A stretch of 124,000 nt of DNA from positions 26,060,001 through 26,184,000 of the forward strand of contig OX597823.1 in assembly GCA_951406725.2 (NCBI GenBank). The letters run 5' to 3'. The position numbers were made by a program, and so were the translations under genes. Of this stretch, positions 87,017 through 99,490 are shown in pieces. Position 1 is the first letter of the stretch. Each line of letters starts with the position of its first letter. This DNA is from Octopus vulgaris. Its lineage: Eukaryota. The notes below the pieces were generated by a model that was not told the DNA's origin, did no database searches, and was given only the letters and a program-made list of their open reading frames with translations.

Positions 87017-87292
87017 CCTTTCTACTAAATGCACAAGGCCTGACATTTTGGGGAGGGCGCTAGTTGATTACATGGAACCCAGTGCTTAACTGGTGCTTAT
87101 TTTATCCAACAAAAGTTGACCTCGGTGATATTTGAACTCAGAAATTAAAGATGGACAAAATGTTGCTAAATGTTTTGCCTGTCATGCTAACGATTCTGCA
87201 ATCTTGCCACCTTCAATAATAATAATGATGATGATGATGACATGATGTGTTATACATTTATACATATATATATATATATATATATATAGATA

Positions 87293-87352
<60 letters not shown>

Positions 87353-87673
87353 TATATATATATATCATCAATCATCGTTTAACGTCCACTTTCCATACTA
87401 GCATGGGTTGGACGATTTGACTGAGGTCTGGCAAACTAGATGGCTGCACCAGACCCCAATCAGATCTGGCAGAGTTTCTACAGCTGGATGCCCTTCCTAA
87501 CACCAAACATTCCGAGAGTGTAGTGGGTGCTTTTATGTGCCACCAGCACGGAGGCCAGCTTCTTGCTCTGGCAACGATCACACTCATATGGTACTCTTAG
87601 CATTCCACTAGCATGGATGCCAGTCATTGAATTTGATTTTGATTTTGATTTCACTTGCCTCAACAGGTCTTTG

Positions 87674-87709
<36 letters not shown>

Positions 87710-87870
87710 CGGGACCAGCCATTTGAATGTGGCTAGGGACAGGGCGGGGTGGTGGGGGTGTTACTGATGCATTTAGCCCCAGGCGACTATAGACGTCACC
87801 AGGAGAGCCGACACCATCACGGTGTCCTTGCTAGCCTGCAAAGGGAGATCAGCCTCCCTGAAGATACGAA

Positions 87871-87920
87871 TGCTACACACGGACCGGTTTCGAGGTATTG
87901 CCTCTCGTCAGCGCATGGCA
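87871..87920 (-). ncRNA. Minimal type-I hammerhead ribozyme (copy 1)
   Basis: Reverse complement: tgccatgcg CTGACGA gagg caata cctc GAAA ccggtc cgtgtgtagca. Complete core, 4-bp stem II, GUC cleavage triplet. Confidence 0.85.
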
Positions 87921-88229
87921 AACACCGTTCTTCGTTGAGGGACTTCCTCTACAGGCTAGAAATATATAGATTTTCACTGTAAACACAGTCACTGGCGTTG
88001 AAAATCTGTTCGATAACAATAATAAATCTCTAAGCGAGGTATAAACAGTAACTGCTCTGTAATATAAGCGGGACCAGCCATCTGAATGTGGCTAGGGACA
88101 GGGCGGGGTGGTGGGGGTGTTACTTATGCATTTAGCCCCAGGCGACTATAGACGTCACCAGGAGAGCCGACACCATCACGGTGTCCTTGCTAGCCTGCAA
88201 AGGGAGATCAGCCTCCCCGAAGATACGAA

Positions 88230-88279
88230 TGCTACACACGGACCGGTTTCGAGGTATTGCCTCTCGTCAGCGCATGGCA
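88230..88279 (-). ncRNA. Minimal type-I hammerhead ribozyme (copy 2)
   Basis: Same motif as copy 1, 359 nt away. Confidence 0.85.
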
Positions 88280-88573
88280 AACACCGTTCTTCGTTGAGGG
88301 ACTTCAAGGACACCATGATGGTGTCGGCTCTCCTGGTGACGTCTATAGTCGCCTGGGGCTAAATGCATAAGTAACACCCCCACCACCCCGCCCTGTCCCT
88401 AGCCACATTCAGATGGATGGTCCCGCTTATATTACAGAGCAGTTACTGTTTATACCTCGCTTAGAGATTTATTATTGTTATCGAACAGATTTTCGACGCC
88501 AGTGACTGTGTTTACAGTGAAAATCTATATATTTCTAGCCTGTAGAGGAAGTCCCTCAATGAAGAACGGTGTT

Positions 88574-88623
88574 TGCCATGCGCTGACGAGAGGCAATACC
88601 TCGAAACCGGTCCGTGTGTAGCA
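88574..88623 (+). ncRNA. Minimal type-I hammerhead ribozyme (copy 3, inverted)
   Basis: CTGACGA 88583-88589, stem II gagg/cctc, GAAA 88603-88606, palindromic stem III ACCGGT, predicted cleavage after C88612. Confidence 0.85.
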
Positions 88624-88937
88624 TTCGTATCTTCGGGGAGGCTGATCTCCCTTTGCAGGCTAGCAAGGACACCGTGATGGTGTCGGCTCTCCTGGTGACG
88701 TCTATAGTCGCCTGGGGCTAAATGCATCAGTAACACCCCCACCACCCCACCCTGTCCCTAGCCACATTCAGATGGCTGGGCTTATATTACAGAGTAGTTA
88801 CTGTTTATACCTCGCTTAGAGATTTATTATTATATATATATATATATATATAAATGTCAGTGTACATGTACAAATTGATCCTTCTGACACCAAACCCAAC
88901 TGAGTTCCTTCATTCTATGATAAAAATCCCTCTATTT

Positions 88938-89288
88938 TAGGAGTTCTCAACCATTTTTTTTTTCTGTGGACCTCTTTGATTATTATTTCATTCTGGTGGA
89001 ACTCTATGGCCATTCAATGTTTATAAACTAGTTTTATAGAAACTTCTTTCAAAATTCCTATTTTGTTTTCCACACATTAACTTGAATAGGTTGAACTATG
89101 TAATATGTTAAAGAAATCCATCTGTTTCTTGCAATACATACCAATACATAGATCTAAAGCAAAAGATTTTTAGGGGCCCTTAAAATACTATTGTGGATTT
89201 TCAATTTACTATTTTGTTGCGTGGATCCCCACCCCGAAATCTCATAAGGACCCTCATGGGCCATATGGTCCCTGGTTGAGAAACACTG
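88938..89288. mobile_element. hAT-type MITE
   Basis: Degenerate TIRs (taggagttctcaacc / ggttgagaaacactg). TSD CTCTATTT. Confidence 0.65.
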
Positions 89289-90289
89289 CTCTATTTTCAA
89301 GTGTTTATATTTAGATTCTTCCCTACCATCATAATAATTTGTAAGAACCTATTAGGTTGTGTTCAAAAAATCATCTCAATGAGAGAGATTAGTTGTTTTA
89401 TTAAAAAAAAAATCTAAATTTTTGTTCAAGAAGTGTGTGTGTGTGTTAGCGCGCTGGGCAAAATGCTTAGTGGTATTTCGTCTATCATTACGTTCTGAGT
89501 TCAAATTCCGCCGAGGTCGACTTTGCCTTTCATCCTCTCGGGGTTGATAAATAAAGTACCAGTTTTGCACTGGGGTCGATGTAATCGACTTAATCCCTTT
89601 GTCTGTCCTTGTTTGTCCTCTCTGTGTTTAGCCCCTTGTGGGCAGTAAAGAAATAAATATTTGATAGAATTATTCACAATATATTACTGGTACTCTTTCA
89701 AATCTATGAGCAAGTTTCTTTATGGGTGATCTGCTTGTTAGAAATAGCTACTGAATCTCTTTGAAATTTCATCCAAACATCATTTAAAAAGAGGAGCAGA
89801 TTGGATAACGTAATCCTAGATATGCAATGTTTGAGAGAAGGATAGGATGACCAAGACTGGAAGCCTTTTTGATCATAGTTCTACTGGATAATATGTAACC
89901 TAGGACTAAGGTACAACAGATTAAAAGATTCATAGAGATTTCCAACTTTAGTATGAAATTGGTTGTACATTTGGGGAAGTGGGGCAATCATAATGATGTT
90001 AGTCATATATTCGAAAAGATAAGGCATAGTGAATTTCAATAACCACCATAAAGCTGGTTGGTATTTATTTCATATTCTTCTCAATTCTTAAAGATGTGAC
90101 AAGCAGTCATGATACCTTAAACAAGAGCAAATAAGTTTGATTTAACCCTCTTAGATAAAAACCTATCTGAGACCACCTCTGACATTTTGATATCAACCCA
90201 GCCCTGGTCTTATGGTACCAACCCATTTGAGACTACTCTGGATTTAACCCATCAGAGACTACCCATGGTTTTACATAAATACATATACA

Positions 90290-91270
90290 CCAATACACCT
90301 GAGATTTTTGGCGTTCTTCATTATCTACATCAATAACATAGTAGACATCATCAAACGTTCTACATTGAAAATCTTTGTAGATGATTCCAAACTCCAGAAG
90401 GCCATAAACAGTATGGGAGACCAAATGTGCCTTCAGTCGGATTTGTTTGCTGTTGTCCAACAGGTAGGAAAGAACAATATGCTTCTAAATGAAGATGAGT
90501 TTAATTTGATCCACTTTGGAAAAGAGGATACTCTGTAACTACCATATTCCCTTCCCTCGGGTGACTACCTAGTGTCATCCAACACCAGAGACCTTGGAGT
90601 AATTATTGATAACAATCTAAGCTGGAGTTCCCACATAAACAACAAGATTGACTTGGCCTGCAAGATGTGCTCCTGGATTCTGAAAACTTTCCAGTCTAGA
90701 GATCTCTACACCAGTCTAGAGATGCCACCTTGAATACTGTTGCCCACACTGTGGTCTTCCCACATGAAGCAACTCATTATGAAAGTGGAAGCACTCCAGA
90801 GCTCAATAACAAGAAAGATAGATGGCATGACAGGCATTGACTAATGGGGTTGACTAAAAAAACTCAATCTCTACTCTCTCCAATGCCACCAGGGGCACTA
90901 CATCATTTGTGTGATGTGGAAAATATTGCACAAATGATGTTGGCATCAATTTTAAAATCCACCCAAGACTTGGTCCCCGTGCTATCCACCCACTATAAAA
91001 ATCGAACCCAGGATACATAACAAAATTACAACACAACTAATTTATCTCAACTGGTCCAGCCCTTTTTAATATCATACCAAAATATGTCAAAACAGAAACA
91101 GATCCCATAAAATTTAAAAGTTCTCTGGACAAATTTCTTCAAAAATCCTGGACCAACCTTCTACTCCTGGATATGTCTCCAACAATAACAACTCTTTGCT
91201 AGAATTGCCCATGGTGCCCCATATATGACTAAAAGACTTCACCAGGTGGTGCTATTAAGTTAGACATGGC
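90290..91270 (+). mobile_element. CR1/L2-like LINE 3' fragment
   Basis: FIIYINNIV..KIFVDDSKL..RDLGVIIDNNLSWSSHIN..EYCCPLWS. Confidence 0.75.
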
Positions 91271-94200
91271 CTGGGCCTATATTTTATATATACCAACTTG
91301 TTTGTGAATATCCTTTGTTTCATATAAAAATACTCTGAGACTATTGCTGTTTTTATATAAACCAACTCACCTAAGAATATCTTGGGTTCTATGAGTAAAA
91401 ACCTCTTATTTTAAGGTGTTCATATTTAAACTAAACCCCCCCACTTTTCAATCTTAAGGAAGACCCTTTCATTAAATTATTTTTGAACAGTGATTTAACC
91501 CTTTTTATACTAACCTGCTTGAAACCACCACCCCTGGTCCTTTAATACAAACATTATATTTTAAAGTGATCTAAATTAGACCTTCCATCAAAATTTCATC
91601 CAATACCAGATTAAATAATGACAAAGTTATTTTACTAATTTCCTTATTGTTTTCAAAATTAATTGAAACAAAGGCGATGCATTTCAACAGAAATGTGATA
91701 ACAACTGGGTTAATGATGAAAATGTTAGTTATTTTTACCAAATGTTTCCCAACACAATTATTTTCAAAATATTTGAAATCTATCAAAAGTGCATTTTGTA
91801 AATGTGGTCCCAAGAGTGTTAAACACAGTAAATTATAGACAGTGACAAAATAGTTCTGGGTATTTAGTTCACTGTTCTACCAATCTGACACTGTACCACC
91901 TGCTAAATTATTATAGAAAGAGTTTCTGTCTTCACTTGACTGATCTGATATTAATATGGAGGAAAAGGAAAGAATGACTGTAATAAAAATGGTCTTTTAA
92001 TCAGTGGCTGAAGGCTTTGAACAGCAAGTTGCCCAAGGCTGACAGCTACTTTTGAAGCTTTTCAGGAGGAAATACACACATAACATCTGTTCTTGTGTGA
92101 CCAGTGAACTCAAACAAGGTCATGTTGAGTGACTGACTGCTTGGGAAACCAGGTGCTGTGAATATTTTGTGTTGTATGTGTGTAGCCTAACTATCTGCTT
92201 AGTTGACTGCTTGGAGATGGTTGCAGTGGGATAACCTTACACTTTAATAATCCATCCATTCTCATTCTCTGTCTCTCTCTCTATCTCTGTCTTTTCCTTT
92301 CAGATTCTTTCCCTTCTTCTGTGATGATTACTTCTCCGGTTCTTCTTTGCTTCACCAACCAGCCTGCCATCTATCTATCCACTCATCAGGCTAGGTTGCC
92401 AACTCACTAAGCAGCTAGCCAGTCAACCAAGCTAGCTAAGACACCACTTCATACAATCACAACCAACACTTACTGGCAGGCGAACATTCCACGAGGGAGC
92501 CTGTATGTGGTCACACAGCCTGTTAGAAGTAGCAGCTAAATCTTTTTCAAATCACATCCCAAACATCTTCAAAAAAAGAAAGGATGCTCTAGATAACGTA
92601 GCCCTCCTAGATGTCTGGGGGATGGAGAGGAAAGAAAAGAAAGAAGCTGGAATACTTTTGATCATGGGTCTGCTTTATTAGGGTTGACCTAGGGCTAAAC
92701 AGCAACTGTTATATAGCGTATCAGTTGCCTTTTTAGCACCAGACTAGCCCTGAGTAAGTTGACCTATGATCAATATATATATATATACTATCTGATGCTC
92801 AAATCTCTTTAAATCTAATTAGCACACTAAAATAGGACATCAGTTAAACAAGTCAAAATACATAGTTGTTAGTTAGAAATTAACATTTTTGAAGTAAAAT
92901 CTGTTGGATGGATGTACTCAGAAATTGAACTCTCCATCAGGTTATCTCATACTTTTTTTTCCCTCTATCACATAGACCCTCCCCATTGCTGGTGGAACAA
93001 ATGAATGAATGAATGAATGAATGAAAGAATGAAAGGATGAAAGAATAACTGTCTGCTTGAGAAAACCAGGTGTTATTATATGAATACTGCTGTTTGGCTG
93101 AGGCTGAAGCTGTTTTGGCTGTTTGGTTGTTTGAACCGACTGCCTACCTGCTTAGTGACTGCATTAACAGTGGGAGAAAAAGAGGCTGTGGGTGTAAAAG
93201 ATTGTTGTAGTAACAATAATTACACAAAAAAGAGGGAAGTGAATAGATTTCAGAACAGTGGATCATTCTATCTATTCCCTCTACTTTCTAAAGAGCAAAT
93301 AGACAAATAAATGAATATTTTTTTTTTAAATCATCCAAATTTTAGCAGTAATAGTTACAGTAGTTTATATATGAATTTCCAAAGTTAAACTAAATGGCCT
93401 CATTTAAAAAAAAAAGTAAATAAAATAGAATTATCATAAAAAAAAATTCAAAATACTAATAAGTGGTGTAAAACTAACTCAGGAAATTGAAAATATTGAT
93501 TTGTAGCCATACAACACAAGGCCACATATTTAGGGAGTGGGTTTGTTCAGTCATTTAAATCGATCTTGACTGGTAAAGTGTTTTAAGAGCCCTGAAAGGA
93601 TGACAGACAAAGTTGACCTCAACAGGAGTTGAACTTAGAATGTAAAGGGCTGTAATTATAAATATTGAGAGGTATTTTATCTGCAACCCAAACTTTTCTG
93701 GCAAACCACTTATTGAAAATACCGATTTCTAACCATAAAAACTTGTGTTCTAGATGAATGCTACTTAAATTTACTGGCTTTGGAAAGATGAAAGATAAAG
93801 TTGACTTGAGTATTATTTGAGCTTAAAACATGAAGAAACTCATCTAAATATCATGAGGGAATATCTTTACCTTCAATGCTCCACTGATTCTTCCTTATGC
93901 CACACTTTCAAAATTGAACATTTGATATAGAACAGCCATAATGTTTTGAGACTCTTAAGTATTTCAAATTTTTTCATAACAAATTAAAAAGTTTTGGCTT
94001 TATTTAACTAACCCCCCATACTCCTCCTGGTCCCTAGTTTACTTCTTTCAGGTAGGGAGTTGCTAGAAACATTAGAACTAAATGGCCATTGCGGTTGCTG
94101 TTGCAGATTTTTTTCCCTCAATCTTTTTACTCAGGGGTGTGGGGGAGGCAGTGTGGAGGGGAGAGGAAGGCATTATCATACTAGAGATCTGACTTGAATA

Positions 94201-96965
94201 CTTAAAACACAGTGAACTTTATAAAAAGCACACAAGGTGCTAGGTGGTAGTGTTAGACCAAATTATGAATCAAATCTACCATCAAAGTAGGCCATGGTAG
94301 GATTTGAACTCAGAATGCAAAAGTCTAGAACAGAGACTGCAAGGAATCTGGTCCAATGTTCTTATATGTTCATCAGTCCTATGTCCTACATTGCTATTTT
94401 TTAATTGGTCTCAAAAGGATAAACGGCAATGTTATCTTGGCAGGACTTGAATTCATAAAGATTCAGAACAAACATTGATTACATCAACCCCAGTGTTCAA
94501 CTGGTTCTTATCTTAAATCAACCTTCATGGAATTTGAACTCAGAACATAAGATGGATGAAATGCTGCTAAACATTTTGCTTGGCATGCTAACAATCCTGC
94601 CAATTCACTGCCTTAGTCAGAACAAATATTATGAAACATTCTACTTGATTATCTAACAACTTTGCCAGTTCCCAGCCTGAGTAGAGTATGATGAAATGCA
94701 TTTTCAGTTCTGTTTTCTTTATCTTTTACTCAGGGAAGAAAGCAGGACCCATGATCTGTTACAGAGTCTCCAAGACTGGTGGGAAGAGGGAGGAAGGCAT
94801 CCATAAAACCTGGCTTCAATGAGTTAAGTAGGCCATGGCAGAATTTGAACTCAAAATGCAAATAACTGGAACAAAACAATCTTACAGCTCCACCTATTAA
94901 TCACTTAGTATCGGTATTATCTAATATTTGTTTATGTCTAAGACTACAGTTCCAAAATTTTCCCTTTTAAAAACGGTAGAGTAATATTTGAAAGAGACTT
95001 GGCTGCTATTTCTAGCAGGTTTCTAATAAATATTTAGAGGTTCCAGAGCTAAACAGTAGAACTTGCAGTCTCCATACACCAAGTTAAATTTCTTATTAGA
95101 ATCAATTTTGCATTTCTTCTTTCTATTGGGTGCTGGTGTTGTTTGACCCCCAGCTCAGTCCTGATCCAACAGACTGATGATGAAATAAGCTCCATCCATG
95201 ACCACTCAGTCATTTTCTAAACAGTTTAAGATCACATTATCCAAGGAGTCCTATTTTGTTTTTCAGTCTCAGGTCAGACCTAGGCCAGCTGACCTGTAAT
95301 GAAAAGTGTTTCAACCATGACCACCCTTTCTTTTGTTAACACAGTTTATCTACAGCTTAATTATCTCATGTGTCCTTCCTTGTTGTTGTTGTTGTTTAGT
95401 TCCAGGTCAGTCCTGATCGGCCAAAAAAAGAAAAGGACTGTCCTATTCTTTTTACAGATATAACTTTGCTATAAATAATGTGTTCTTCCTTCAGGTTGTT
95501 TAACCCCTGGTCAATTTTGATTCAACAGACCTGACCATCATGAACTTTTTCCAGACATAATGTGCCTGGGACAACCTTATCTAATACGTCCTTCTATTTT
95601 TTGTAGTAGAAAGTGATTTTGAGGGAGATATGGCTGCTATTTATTGCAGGTCAAATGAAAACATAAAGTCTTTTGTTGGTTATGAAAACATAAAGTCTTT
95701 TGTTAACTACCAGTAATATGCTGGGATTGATTCAATCATTTTTATACCCATCCTTGAAAAAGGTAAAAAATAATAATAAAGGTTTATATCAGTAAGACAT
95801 GTCCCCCAACAAACTTTCTCTTTGTTATTTTATCCCAGTACTCTTATTCTTACAGGTTTTCTGTCTCTAACACAAAACATGTTGATACATGAATTGTTTG
95901 TAACCAGTTTTTATCAAAATGGGTACATGAATTGATTGTGCATACAGTACACATGAGCATACACACACACTCTTTCTCTCTCTCTCACACACACACACAC
96001 ACAAACATTGCTGTTCCTGCCTCATCTGCCCCACCCCCAACCACTCCATCATTGTACTGCATTATTCTGTCACTGTAACTAATGAAAGCATAACCCATTG
96101 CTACATAATATCATTACCCTTTCTGTAGCTACTAGTCATCCTTCTCTCTCCCCTAAGCCATTTGCTACTAGCCTCCATCTCTCATTCTCATCACTGTACC
96201 CAACCATACCTTCACCCACCACGACTACCTTCACTCACTATTTACCTGTGACCACCACCACCTACCCACCCTTGTTTCTACCCATCACTTGCTCCTCTCC
96301 CCAGCTCTAGTAATCTTTACTCACCCTATCTGATCTTTCTGTCACCATGCTCTCTTCTGTTCACCTTAAAGGTATGCTCTGGCTCTTCATCACCATCATA
96401 CTTATCTCTCTTTCTATTACCACTTCACTCCACCACCTACCCACCCATGGGTGGAGTAGTAGCCCCACACCCCCGCCCACCAACTGCCTTTACTCCTACT
96501 GAACTGATCATACTGTCCTCCTTATCACTCACTTATTCACTCTCACTAATCCCTGACACTACTCATTTTCTTTCCCTTCTCTTATTCCCTTGCTTGTCAG
96601 TGTCTCTGTTAGTTTCTCCACTAAAACCATCCAACAATAATAAACCTGTTCCTTCCATTGTACTTTAACTTCTTAACATCTTGCTTAAAGCCTTTGTTCT
96701 TTCTCCTATGGGAGCTCTTTGCCATGGGAGCTCTTTAGTTTTGTGAGTTACAAGGTGACCTCACAAGTATTGTTTCCATGAAAAAAAAAGCATTCAGTAA
96801 ACTCTATAAAATGGTTGGCATTAGGGCATTAGGAAGGCATCCAACAATATTATTCATGCCAAAATTGGGGCATTGGAACAAGATGACATCTGCCAACCTA
96901 CTGGATCTTGTTAACCCATTCAACAACCACTACCAACATGGAAAGCAGATGTAAAATTATGATGA

Positions 96966-96991
<26 letters not shown>

Positions 96992-97005
<14 letters not shown>

Positions 97006-97326
97006 AAATGAAGAAAATGCTGACAAATAATTGAAGTAATTTAAGTAATTTAATTAGGTGAAAGTTCTTTTTACCGGTTGCGCATTTGTTATGCTTATCA
97101 AAATATAAAAGAGAGATTAGAGTTCCTTTCTTATAGAATTTTTCCTCTTATTTTTCCTCTTATCAGATAAGAGGAAAAATTCTATAAGAAAGGAACTCTA
97201 ATCTCTCTTTTATATTTTGATAAGCATAACAAATGCGCAACCGGTAAAAAGAACTTTCACCTAATTAAATTACTTAAATTACTTCAATTATTTGTCAGCA
97301 TTTTCTTCATTTCCTTTTTTATATAT
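96992..97326. repeat. Near-perfect palindrome, arms about 160 bp
   Basis: Loop cag at 97164-97166. A 12-bp duplication is present in the left arm. Confidence 0.9.
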
Positions 97327-97355
97327 CACCACTCGTGTTCGACATCTCCTTTTTT

Positions 97356-97400
<45 letters not shown>

Positions 97401-98441
97401 CTTGATAGAAATATTTTTGATTTTATCCAGTTTCCATCTACCAAATGCATTCACAAGATTTTAGCTAGTCCAAGTATATAAAAGAAGATGCTTGCCCAAA
97501 GTATCACACAATGGGACTGAATTGAAAACCATGTGATTGAGAAGTGAAATTCCGAACCATATAGCCATAACTTTAACTGTACACACACACACACACACAA
97601 TTGTGCATGCACACGCATGTGTATGTATATAAAGTGAGAAAGGGTTGGGCAATATCATCTACCTCACCCTCTCATCCCTTCATATCTGATTCCAGTGGCA
97701 AGACAAAGTCAAGACAACAAAAGATAGGTCAGAATGCAGTGGAGGCTGCAGTGTCCTTCGTGTCTCACTGTGCCCCGTTTGTACTCCACAACACTTGCTG
97801 GTCCACTTCGCTCCATGTTGAATCAATCTGGTGGTTTCCACTGCACAATCTGCTGACCCCAGTCTTCATATGCATAGTTAAACAAGTTCTAGCTCACCAT
97901 GGATTGAAAGCCATTGGATATTCTCACCATAGGTCAGCTGACTTGAACCACAGGTGTAAGCTGAGGACCAAAGTAGGCTAACTACTCTGAAGAGCATTGC
98001 ATGTTCCTCCATCAGAGGTACAACCCAACCCAAAGGACTAATTAACTGATGCCTATGGATTTCCCTCAGAAGAAAGTGCCATGCTACCATCATCAGTGCA
98101 TACACCTTCTCCATGACTACAACCACAACAGTCATCTACTGCTGGACACTATGCAGCACATGACCTGCTGATTATCAACAGTGTTTAACCTACCCAACCA
98201 CAAAAAGACAAATCAATATCCCAGTATGAAGTACAGATGAGAGAAGCAGTATCAAACTCCCTCGTACATCAAATAGGGCAACAGCCACAGTAAAAGCACA
98301 TGTAGGAATGGTGCTATAATATCCCACCACCATGAAGAAACCAACTGAATAAGAAAGTAGTGAAAAAGGTTCAAAATCATGGTGGTGCTCCAACACAGCT
98401 CTACCCACATGGCTGAAAAGAAAAAGAAAATTAAAGAAAAA

Positions 98442-98488
<47 letters not shown>

Positions 98489-98539
98489 CATAGATACGTA
98501 CGTACATACATACATACATACATACATACATACATACAT

Positions 98540-98584
<45 letters not shown>

Positions 98585-98598
98585 TAAAGATATAGATA

Positions 98599-99490
98599 TA
98601 TTGGGTTGGCAACTAAGTTCTTACTGTTTTTTTAAATTTAAATTTTTTAAAAGGTTTAATAAAAAATAACAACTAATTAATCAATAATGTATTCACCCTT
98701 ATTGTTTACAACTTATTCCCAATGTTTAACAAGGTTTTCAACACCTGTTGGTAGAAATCACCCGATTTCGAATAAAAAAATTGATCCAACCAAGCTCTCA
98801 ATTCTGCATTATTGAACGAAACTCCGCACATAGTATTTGAAAGAGATTGAAAGAGGTGGAAATCTGTTGGTGCCAAATGAGGAAAAATTATTGGGTTGGC
98901 AACTAAGTTCCTGCCGTTTTTTAAAATTTTGGAATTTATTGCGTTTTTAAATTTTGGAATCTATTTTTCTCGAGAATTCTTTTTCTGAATCATTTTGGAA
99001 TCTATTTTGTTTTTTTTTCTAGTTAATTTTAGTTAATTTTTGTTTATTTTCAGATCATTAAAATGGAATGTCAAGTTAAGAAAAATGAGCATTTTCAACA
99101 CCTCTTTCTTTTTGCTTTTAATCAAGGTTCTAAGGCCGCAAAAGCTGCTTGCAACATTTGTGCTGTGTATGGAGAGGGTGCCATAGCTGAGAGAACCACT
99201 CGTGATTGCTATGCCAAGTTCAAAAATGGAAATTTTGACCTCAAAGACGCACCTCGTTCTGGCCGTCCAGTTGAGTTCAATGAAGAGCAAATAAACCAAC
99301 TTTTGGACGAAAATTCTCGTCAGACAACAAGGGAACTGGCAGAGAAAATGGAATGCTCCCACACTAGTATAGAGAAGTATCTTCACTCAATGGAAAGGTT
99401 CAGAAGTATGGAGCATGGGTTCCGCATGCTTTAAGTGACAACAACAAAAATCAATGAGCCACAATCTCTGCTGGTTTGCTTGCTTGTCAC
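98599..99490. mobile_element. Mariner fragments: 3' end (minus) next to 5' end (plus)
   Basis: TIR ttgggttggcaactaagttc at about 98599 and 98889. ORF 99063-99434 is a mariner N-terminal HTH. Confidence 0.8.

Larger units (their letters stand above)
87706..88832. mobile_element. Retrozyme/Penelope-pLTR-like non-coding element: 359-bp unit in tandem plus inverted copies
   Basis: Unit starts at 87706 and 88065 (period 359). Inverted copies run 88306-88832. Copies differ at only a few positions; GC-rich; flanked by (TA)n on both sides. Confidence 0.8.

Noticed and set aside
87749-87982. 77-aa ORF repeated three times (MVGVLLMHLAPG..)
   Set aside because: Antisense to the hammerhead strand, no recognisable domain. 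Its repetition only reflects the 359-bp unit.
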